Shown here: one piece after another, positions 38,020 through 48,482 of the stretch | Numbering within the stretch: position 1 is the stretch's first letter | How the letters are laid out: each line of letters begins with the position of its first letter | Origin: Dimorphilus gyrociliatus | Lineage: Eukaryota; Animalia; Annelida | Assembly: GCA_904063045.1 (NCBI GenBank) | Contig: CAJFCJ010000039.1 | Span: 67,381 to 131,380, forward strand | Direction of reading: 5' to 3' | Length of the DNA: 64,000 nt | Made by a program: the position numbers and the translations under genes | Notes under the pieces: generated by a model | The model's database searches: none | What the model saw: only the letters and a program-made list of their open reading frames with translations | What the model was told of the DNA's origin: nothing

Positions 38020-39708
38020 ATGTTAGCTGTGGACGCGGCGACAGGAGGACTAGTCGTAATCCCGGCAAATACCGCCCCAACTTCCGCCGCTCTTCCTCCG
38101 TCCAACGCCCTTTTTCTGACGCCGCAGTCGACCATTGGCTTACAGAACGTTTCTTTAAAGGTATGCTGTTTGTTCTAGTTAAATAGAGGAGCGCCTAACT
38201 ACCTTTTTATGCGTATTGGGAATTTTGCAATATTGTTTGGTGCACCTGTTCTATAGGGAGCGCACCTCTCTCTCTCTCTTTCTCTCTTACTCTTTCGCTG
38301 TGTCTCTCTCGATCTCTCTCTCTCAATCTCTCTCAATCTCAATCTCTCGATCTCTCTCAATACGATAGTTTGGTTCAGAAAATTGACGGCCTAAATTGTA
38401 ATATTTGCGATTAGGAGAGTAAACAGTTGGTCTTACCTCGTACTACCATTGTATAGGTATGATTGAACATAGGAATGCAAAGGTGATATGATTGCTTTTA
38501 TTGGATAGGAATAGAACGAAAACGAGCACCAGTAAATAAGTGTAGAGAGCATTTTAGATATATCTATAAATATATGTATTAATAAAAGAGTTAGATTTAT
38601 CTCATTCACATATATATATATATACTGTATATATAAAATATGAATACGTAGCTCGATAAAGGAATGTATATATATTTGAATGAGAGAGAGAGAGAGAAAA
38701 AATTGTAGATAACAATTACTAGGACCAGATAGAAATTGACACTAATAAAACGTGAACGATTATTTGAATAAAATGTCGCTTATATTCTCCTAGCCTGTGC
38801 ATTTGTTTAATTTCTGCATTTTAACGATAATGGGCGCGTATTTGTCTACCTTTTCAACTATTACAAAAGGTTTGCAAGATGGCTAGAACATGATGCAAAT
38901 ATTTATGTAATTCTAATCAATTAAAATACGAGCCAAGTTTTTTTTTTCACGTAATCCTCTCGCTCTCTCTATCTATCTATTTATCTATTGCTCTCATTCT
39001 CCCTTATATTATATAAGCATATATATAAAAAATATATATATATGCATATATCGCTCTATTCCCTTATCTTACTAAGTCTTATTGTACCTCCTACCCTCTA
39101 TATTTCTTTTCTCATTCCTCCTTTTTCCCATTTCAAACAGCGCACCGCCGAACAGCAACAACCGCAACAACTGTCTTCTGCGGAGGAGAGTCAAGACGCG
39201 AAGAAAGTCAAATTAGATCTAACTCCTTCTGAACAGAGCCAACCGTCAAGAGTGGTACACTTCCGTTCGGTTCCGGCAGACGCTACGGAGCTCGATATTG
39301 TCCAACTAGGCATTCCGTTTGGTCGTATGACCAATTTGGTATTAGCAAAGAAGAAGAATCAAGCCTTACTAGAAATGGACGAAGTACAAAGTGCCCAAGC
39401 ACTGTTGGAGTATTACTCTGAAAGACAGCCTACGGTTAGAGGACGTCCCGTTTACGTTCAATATTCCAATCATCAGCATTTGAAGACGGAACAGGAGGGC
39501 CAAAGTCCCGAAGCCGTTTCTCCGGTTACCAGTCAAGCGGACGACAGAACCGTATTGCGAGTGATTGTCGATAATATGCTTTATCCAGTATCCATTGACG
39601 TACTCAAGCAGATATTTTCCCGTTATGGAGCCGTTTTGAAAATTGTCACGTTTAGCAAAAATAGTAAGTTTTAATTTAATTGATATTTTATTTTCTTATC
39701 CCTTCGCC

Positions 39709-39750
<42 letters not shown>

Positions 39751-42700
39751 ATGTGTTTTTTTTCCATCTTTTCTATCCCGCAGTAAATTTGACTATCATA
39801 GTCATGCCGGTTTGTATAACTAGAATTAAATTTAAAATCGATTTTTCAAACGCATACCGTAGTCTTAATCATTTATTATTCATACGTCATGAAACAAAAA
39901 TTTGAATAGAGTATTTTTCTTCTTCTTCTTTCCCTATTTTTTTCATTATCTATTAATTGTTTATCGTTTTTTTTTTCTTCTCTCTCCTTTAACAGATTTT
40001 CCAGATCAACTGCAAGCTCTTATTCAAATGTCCGAACCAATGGCTGCCCAAACAGCCAAATTTAGCTTGAATGGTCAAAATATCTACGGAGGCTGCTGTA
40101 CCCTTCGGATCGACTTTTCTAAGCTGACATCGCTGAATGTCAAGTACAATAATGACAAGTCGCGGGACTATACAAATCCGACTTTACCGTCTGGAGATTC
40201 GACATCGGGAGCGTTGACCATTGATCAAATAGGATCTCCCTACCGAACAAACCCAGCAGCACCAGGTCCGTAACCTTTTATTAAGAGTGTCTAAAATTTG
40301 ATAGATAACTGTCTAGAGATTGGTTTTGAATAATTAGGAGCTACAACATTCATTTCACCCTTCGCACCTTCGCCAGGTAAAGTGGTGAATTAAAACTCAG
40401 TCACCTTGAACTATCTATCAATTTTATCTGCATGGCCCGTTTTAAAAAAACCACAATGTTTTTATTAGATGACCTATTACTACTATTAATTACTAATTAC
40501 GACGAACCGTCTCTTTACTTTTATTTCAACGAAATTCTCCGTTTCTAATAGCATAAGCTTTCTTCCTTTCTTTCGAATTCTTTTTCCACTACTATAATTA
40601 TTATTCATATTCGTAAATCACTGTTTTTTTCCTCTCGCCCCATTATAACAAAAGAGAGTGAAAAAATAAAGTCGGATTAAACGTTCAATCACAAAAAAAA
40701 CATACTTTCCGTCTTCAGCTTTTTTTCTAAAGTCTTTATATTCTCTTCGTTCTACTTTTAGTTTTATTTCCTATTCGATTATTCGTTAGTTTTATTTCTT
40801 TTTGTTTTGTTGTCGCTTGTAAAAACTTGCTAAAAAGCAAGAAAACATCAAGAAATCAACTTTCATCTCTCTTCCTTGTTTCGTTCTTCTTAGATATTCG
40901 GCTGCTTCGTCCTCCTCTGTTTTTCTCTTCTTCTTAATTTCCTTTTCAAGTCAAAAAAAAATGACAATAAAATAAAATACTTCCAGTTATTGGTCACATG
41001 ACTGCTTTTTGTTAAAACACGTATTAGAATTTGGTAACAGAAGCCGTTTAGCGTTTAAACACAATAAAAAGAGTCACGTGACTAGAAACAGAAAAACAAT
41101 TTATCTAATCTGTTCATCTCATCTTATGAACTTAAATGATATCTTTACAGTCAGGGTAACTTTTATATTAATGTGATATTTTTTTTTACTCTTTATAAAC
41201 AGCTATACCGTTTATAGGACCTTCGAGTGTACCTGGATTGAATCTACCTGGAACAACACTACGATTCCCGTCAATAAGTTCGTCTCCCGCAATCAATTCA
41301 GTTGTGCTGGTATCGAATCTGAATGAAGAAGTGAGTTAATAAAAATTTTTTCCTTATTTTTATGTTTGAAACAAAAACCAAAAAAAAACAATGAAAAACC
41401 AAAATGGCTGCATTATTCAAAAACTCTATTTTTTTTGCACTTTTTCTCAATTCTTTCAATGACAAAAAATAGAAAGGTTGTATAAGTAGGGAGGCGCTTT
41501 TTTCTGAACGTTTGACTATTTAAATATTTACGTTTATGTTAACTAAACTAAACTGGGAAAGAAAAAAAAAGTGCCGCTCTTTTTATACAATTAAAAAAAA
41601 TTATTCGATTTTTGCTGACACATTCGTGTTTTTTTCTCCTCTGCCTTGTTCCGCCGCTCCTACTCCTACTCCTCCTGATCGCTACTCATCAACGAACTAA
41701 AATTCTGCGCATTCTCATTCTAGACGGTCACGCCCGATGCTCTCTTTACCCTGTTTGGTACGTTCTCTATTCATTTTTTTTTTTTGCCGTGCATATAAAC
41801 TATATACTACTATACATTCGCCATAAAATATGCAACGGCGTCGCTCTAAACGCCTGAATGCACGCTTTTTGAATATCATAGAATTATTAATATTGCTTTA
41901 CAATAGGCGTCTACGGCGATGTGATCCGCGTTAAAGTACTCTTCAACAAGAAGGACAATGCCCTTGTCCAATACAACGACCCGTCCGGCGCCCAATTCGC
42001 CATACAGCATCTTAACAACATCCGCGTGTGGGGCAAGCCGTTGAAAGTAACCCAATCCAAGCACGCCGTTGTACAGATGCCTAGGGAAGGACAGCAGGAC
42101 GCTCAGCTGACAAAGGACTACACTTCGTCGTCTCTCCACCGCTTTAAAAAGCCTAACTCGAAGAATCATCACAACATTTATCCTCCGTCTGCCACGCTTC
42201 ATCTATCTAACATTCCACCGAATGTCGGAGAACAAACCCTAAGAGATCTGTTTGGCGAATTCGGAACGATAGTCAACTTTAAATTCTTTAGGTAAGTACA
42301 CTATCTTTTTGCCATTCTTCCCCTCGTCCCTTCTCTTCACCATATAAACCATATCTCTTCCCTCTATTTATACGAGGGTGGGCGACTGGTAAGAAATGAG
42401 AGCGAGAGAGGAAAGGGGAAGAGAATAGTTTTACACACTCTGTATGCCGTAATTAAAGCCAGGTTTCCATTAATTATCAATATACTCTCTTCTCTGACCA
42501 GAGAAGTAAAAATAGGTCTACATCAATATTTAATCATTCTCGATTAGTATCTGACACACAGTAAACAAATAAGTCATAAAACTACACACCCCGCTTTTCC
42601 TGCGTCACACGCTTGCACGCTCAACATCTATTTGATTATTGATACGTTGAAAGAGAATATCTATCTATATCTTTTTTAGCCGATAGACAATTGGCTTAAC

Positions 42701-43632
42701 ACAGACAAGTAGGCCTTGATGACTTATTTTTGAGTATTTAAGTTATTTCAATAGTAGTATTAGAGAGTGAGCTAACATGAATATTCCCTGTGCCTAAGAA
42801 CGAAAGAGAAGCGGTAAAGAATGAAGGGAATTTTTTATTGTGCCTATGTGTGTGCAAGAGTTGAGTGAGTATAGAGAGAAAATTATACATGCGACAGTGT
42901 TTTCGTGTCCCTACTCGTCTCTGGCTTGCGCAAACAGACTGTGTAAACAATTCGAACGGCGGCCTGTTTACCGTCGCTTTATTTGCAGCGCCGATCGGGA
43001 CCGAAAAGATCGCAAGATGGCTCTCATGCAGATGGACGGTGTCGAGGAGGCCGTACACGCTTTAATCGTAAGTTGTCAACTTAGTTTCTCCGGTATCAAT
43101 CGAAAAAAAGACAAAAATCAAAAACACATAAAATGATAAAAGGACCAAGAAAGAGAGAGAAAGAAAGAAAGAAAAATATGCTTTTCTTCTATATTTTATT
43201 TATCCAAATATTTCCCTTTCTCCCCTATATTATCTTTTTCATCCCTTTTGTCTCATTTAACCTTAGTTATCCATATTACACATAGCCTTCTTTCACTCTT
43301 TCAAACGCAATTACTATGATATTTATAAGGACTTTTACCACTTTGAGAAACATTTTGAAAGATTCATATACATTTATATATTTATATTTAAAGCGCCTTG
43401 TACACACAATCTAAATACCTAAATAATGTTTACAAACATGCAAACATACATTTGGCCATTATAGATATCTACTGTTTAATGATTAGTCTAAAAAAATATG
43501 CTTAGTCAAGTAAAAACATGGAGAAATTTCATACGCAACACGTTAATACGTATTCTATGAAAAGTACGTCTGCACAATTCTTATGCATAGTAAATGTGTA
43601 TGTTTAAATAATGTACATGCACATACACACAC

Positions 43633-43669
<37 letters not shown>

Positions 43670-43979
43670 ATATACTGTATATTTACGCACACACACACAC
43701 ACACATACACAGACAGACATACATACATGCATACATACATACAATACATGCATACACTTTTATATCGACCGGGCTTTGCATTCATGCAGTGTCGCCCTTT
43801 ATTATTTCCTTCATCAATTATTCATTAGCCTTTTCCGCGGTATTATCACGTGACCGTAACGCGTCCTTCTCTCCTTGTTTTTTTTTTTCCCCATTTTATA
43901 CCGTTTACAGGGTTTGCACAATTACGAGTTGATGGCCGGCTCGCACCTACGAGTCTCCTTCACCAAATCCGTCATTTGA
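38020..43979 (+). CDS. PTBP1: Polypyrimidine tract-binding protein (PTBP/hephaestus), four RRMs, about 552 aa with terminal exon A
   Basis: Exons 38020-38160, 39141-39663, 40005-40265 (alternative acceptor 39996), 40338-40376, 41203-41330, 41724-41757, 41907-42291, 42989-43067 and 43911-43979 sum to 1659 nt in frame. Diagnostic segments: [118 protein letters not shown]. Confidence 0.95.
41724..41757 (+). CDS. PTBP1: 34-nt PTB exon equivalent to vertebrate PTBP1 exon 11 / PTBP2 exon 10
   Basis: tctag|ACGGTCACGCCCGATGCTCTCTTTACCCTGTTTG|gtacgt encodes [11 protein letters not shown](G), with the same size and phases as the vertebrate NMD-switch exon. Confidence 0.9.
43620..43750. repeat. Compound (AT)n(AC)n(ACAT)n microsatellite in PTB last intron
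   Basis: Direct reading. Confidence 0.9.
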
Positions 43980-44586
43980 GGACGGATATTTAAAAATTCC
44001 TCCCCTTCCCCACAGGTTTCTTAGTTTTTGTTTTGGCTACAAATTTATCAATTTGATAAGATGATACAAAAATTTTTTGCATGCTGGAGATTTCAACGCA
44101 TGGGAGATTAATTCCTTATAATTATTAATGTTTTATTTTTTTATTATCATCATTACTCTATTCTAAATGATATTGTGCTATCTTTCGCCTCTCTATTATA
44201 ACCTATACAGTATGTATATACAGTATATATTGAAGCGTATATGAATTATGTGCGATATATGGAAGTTTTATGAAGCAATTTAGACAAAGAGACATATATT
44301 GTACGTCATTAAATACGAACATATATATGCTGAATATATATATTTATATATATATTTATCTTTTTGTACTGAGTGCACGTCTAAAAAAGTGGTGATCGAC
44401 TATTGAATCGGGCTTATATTGATCTCTATTGAAACGCATCTGCGATGAGAGGCTGTTCTTCATTAGCAGTTAGACGACATATATATGAAAAGAAAAAATT
44501 AAAAAAAAAATTGCTATTGAATCGATTCGCAGATGGTACACAGTCGTATTGAACATTAGCTAATCCTCCTTTTCTATTCCTCACAG

Positions 44587-44727
44587 AATTTGCATAATCA
44601 TCAACTAGCCGAAGCTGCCCATCTCCGGGTGTCCTTTTCTAAATCTTACGTTGTACCCCAATCACAAGCTTTGGCCAATGGTGAAGAGGGGGAAGAAAGA
44701 GTTTTAGATGAAAACGAGGAAGATTGA
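44587..44727 (+). CDS. PTBP1: Duplicated alternative terminal exon B of PTB (end of RRM4 plus acidic tail); isoform about 576 aa
   Basis: Branch-like CTAAT, pyrimidine tract and tcacag acceptor, phase 0: NLHNHQLAEAAHLRVSFSKSYVVPQSQALANGEEGEERVLDENEED*. Paralogous to exon [23 protein letters not shown]. Confidence 0.85.
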   Translation, partial: NLHNHQLAEAAHLRVSFSKSYVVPQSQALANGEEGEERVLDENEED

Positions 44728-44823
44728 AACGTTTAATCTACTCTAATGCTGATAATTAACAATAACAATAATAACAATATTATTTACTAATAATGATGAT
44801 GATGTTCGGCATCCGACGCTGCT

Positions 44824-44903
44824 ATATATATATATATATATATATATACTAAGGAGTTGTTAGTAAAAGTGTATATATATATATACGAACGCAATATATG
44901 CCG

Positions 44904-44950
<47 letters not shown>

Positions 44951-45118
44951 GTATATATATATATATACGTGTGTGTATGTGTGTGTATATGTATACGGTA
45001 TATATATCTTATGCAAAACGAAATTCTCAGTTTCAGTTTTCTCTTATATTTTTTTTTATGTATATATATATACATATATTTATATATTTATATATATATA
45101 TATATATATATGTATATA
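44824..45118. repeat. Long interrupted (AT)n/(GT)n microsatellite block
   Basis: Direct reading; the source of several spurious Y/I-rich ORFs. Confidence 0.9.
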
Positions 45119-46255
45119 GATTATTGAGAATATTCTTTATCGCGTGCCTTAAAAAGAACAGTCCGTGCGCTTATTTTGCGCATGCGCAATATGTGATAAT
45201 GTTGTAGAATATTTTTTTGAAACATTCCAGAAATACGTTAGAAAGAAAGAAAAGAGGAGAGAAAAGAAATATGTATTTCTGTTTTGGTTTATTTTTTTGT
45301 CTTTGTTGTGAATATATTTTGATTGTGGGGAGGACAGCCTTTTTTTTATATCCGGGATTGCATGATAAAACAAAAAACAAACTATAGAAAGCGAAAAGAG
45401 AATAACAAACAGAGAGAAAAACAAAAAATAGAGAAAAAGTACTTTTTTCAAGCTCCATTGAATGTTAGGAGAAAATCAATTGTACTATAGATTATCGAGT
45501 GGAACGTTTTCAAAGTTCGTGCTCTGCAAATTTTATTAAACATAAATGATCATAAATTCGACATGCATTCCCAATCATTTATGGATAGGGATGCATTCAA
45601 TTTTTTCTTCTTATTCTATTTTTAACTTATGCACGATAGTCATGCATCAAATATTCCGTTACAGATTTAATGAAAAAAACACTGCAACAATTGTTCATGC
45701 ACCCGAATATAAGGCCTAACTCTTCATTTCTATAACATATTTTTCGTATATACCAATATATTAAATGTTTATGGTGCCTTTTCATATATATATATATGCT
45801 GTTTAAGGTATATATTTATATATAGCTTATATATAAATGTATATTCATATACATATGTATACAACTTGTAGATACATCTATATGAATATTCAATATATTT
45901 ATATGTATGTATATTTAAATATATACATTTTTAGAGGTCTGATCGTGCCTGCTGTACCCGGGATCAATGCGAGTGTAATAGTTTTTAATTATATAAAACG
46001 ATAAGAGAAAATATTTTACGTTGTCAATACCTGTGAATAATTCAATTGGCAATACAGTGTACAAACGGGACGGAAACTGTTCATCGATCGTTTTTTCACC
46101 GCAAAACGTGCGATTGTCAAGCGGCGCGTAGTGATGACAAACATTTCGGATCGTTCAATAAACGAAAAGCCGATTGACTGTTTATACACGTATGTACACG
46201 TACATATGCATGTACGTATAAACATATACAGTGTCCGTACAGCAATAAGATCTAT

Positions 46256-46285
46256 ATACAGTATATATATATATATACTGTATAC

Positions 46286-46339
<54 letters not shown>

Positions 46340-46340
46340 G
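46256..46340. repeat. (AT)n microsatellite
   Basis: Direct reading. Confidence 0.9.
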
Positions 46341-46646
46341 TATATTAATTTAAATATGTAATAATACCATCTACATGAAAAAGACACAGATAAATACAGT
46401 TTACCTACTGCTGTATATTAGCAAGTTTTCTCTATATTTGCAAATTTATGCATATATAAGGATTGTACATATTTATGTAGTAGTCGTGTTAGAGAATTAA
46501 TTATGATTAAATTATGTATGCGCCTTATGCAGCGCTGATCCATTAATTTTTTAACTTTACTGTTCAAGCTCTATGTTTTATATTTTATTTCTATTTTCCT
46601 TCATTCATGCATACATTCTTTCATTCTTTTTTCGTCCTCTTCCCCA

Positions 46647-46684
<38 letters not shown>

Positions 46685-47089
46685 ATTTTCTCTATTTTTT
46701 CAAGAGTCATATATTCGGGTGAAAACTAGTCAAAGGAAAGGGATATACAGATTTTCGTATTCAATCTTCTAGTCTATTAATATATTTCGAGAATATTTTT
46801 CGATTGCACACTGCCATTCAAACATTGTGCTATTCTTCTATTTAAATTGGGCCGTTGGCCTATCTATTTTACGCCTCTATTCATAAAGGCTGTTGTTCAG
46901 AAAAAAAGAGTGAAAGAGTGCTCTCGAACATTTTAGAATTTTTTTTTCGCGAGACGAGTACGAACGTGTCGCGTCCTCTCGTCGATTTTTCGCCGTTGTT
47001 TGCCTAGCGGCGTTTGTGTAATGCATTTTGCGCGTTCGATATTAGCGGCTATTGTTCACTGGAACGGGCAACCGGGTTTATGCGGGACG

Positions 47090-47103
47090 TCGATAGATGG
47101 CGC
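47090..47103 (+). promoter_or_regulatory. CTCF-like motif in CpG-rich probable promoter of the LRR gene (about 46940-47110)
   Basis: TCGATAGATGGCGC within a CpG-rich island about 1.4 kb upstream of ATG 48483. Confidence 0.4.
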
Positions 47104-47301
47104 TACCTTGTTGAACAGTGTTTCCTTTTAAAAGAGTCTTATCGATTTTCCTGACTTAAATATTATGCATAATGTATAAATTCTACTCTATCTTATTACA
47201 TCTAATTAGTATATATAGACCGCTTTACTTTTATTCTAATCAGTATCGTATATGAAACTTCTATTCTTCTCTTCTAGAAGGAAACTCTTTCAATTTTTCT
47301 T

Positions 47302-47303
<2 letters not shown>

Positions 47304-47375
<72 letters not shown>

Positions 47376-47390
47376 AATATCTATCAACCT
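47304..47390. repeat. (CT)n(ATCT)n microsatellite
   Basis: Direct reading. Confidence 0.9.
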
Positions 47391-47513
47391 ATCTATTTCT
47401 TATTCGCTCTTTCTCTCTATTTTATGTTTGTTTGAATTAATTTACGTTTGTCGTCTACCTATCTGTATATTTATCTGCCTGCATGTTTATCAGTCTGTCT
47501 GCTTGCCTGTCAG

Positions 47514-47556
<43 letters not shown>

Positions 47557-48482
47557 CTCTATCTAGCCATCTTAAATATCTAGCTATCACTCTCTCTCTC
47601 TCCTCTCATCCCTGCCCCTATATTCTCTCTTCCCTTCTGCTTCATCTATTTCCAGGATATTGGTTTTTAATTCTACTGAATACTATCTGAATAGATTACT
47701 ACTTTGAGATATTTATGCAAAATATATGACAACCGGATGGACATTTAGCTGTGCACAAAAAGAGGCTTATCAAATATTTTAATAACTTTACAACACTGAT
47801 ATTGAGCGCTTATCAGCTAATCGATAAATCATAAAACAATAAAAAGGAATGGATATTGTAACTTGTTTCTTTATACGTATTAAACCAAGTTATCTGGCCT
47901 TGTAACTCAACATAATCTATTGATTAATCACAATATTTCTAGAGACAATTTCGTCTACAAACGACCGCTGAAATATTTAATGTTAGGCTCAATTTCCTTC
48001 TTTTAACTCCTTTAAGGCCCATTCTCCAGTTTTACGACTTGGGCATTAATTAAGCTCTACTATTCTTCCTTTTCTTCCTTTCAACGTTTGCCCAGTTGAC
48101 CAGAACCTGTTGCAAATATGTTATATATATATATCCTGTCTACCCACCTATACATGTTGACTATGCGTGCGTTTGTGTGTATGTATATGTGTATCGCTCT
48201 CTTTTTCTCTCTATTTCGTCAATCTATCAAGCACGATTCCATCTTACATTTCACGTAAGAGAAAATTAAAAGGTATTCAAATCGCTTATTCAAGATTACG
48301 TAATTTAAACAGAGCAAAGTTCGAGAGGGCAACCCGACTCTGTTATTCATAGTTCTTCAAAAATTACCGCCGAATAAAGACATCTCGACTATCAGTTGGA
48401 TTCTTTTTTGGTTTATGTCTGTCATCAATTTGAATGAGTCATTGAAATTAGCATTACTGGAACAAAAAGCCTCTTTTTAGAC

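Noticed and set aside
45935-45975. GC-rich exon-like patch downstream of PTB, considered as a third terminal exon
   Set aside because: No frame resembles the RRM4 end (HLRVSF).
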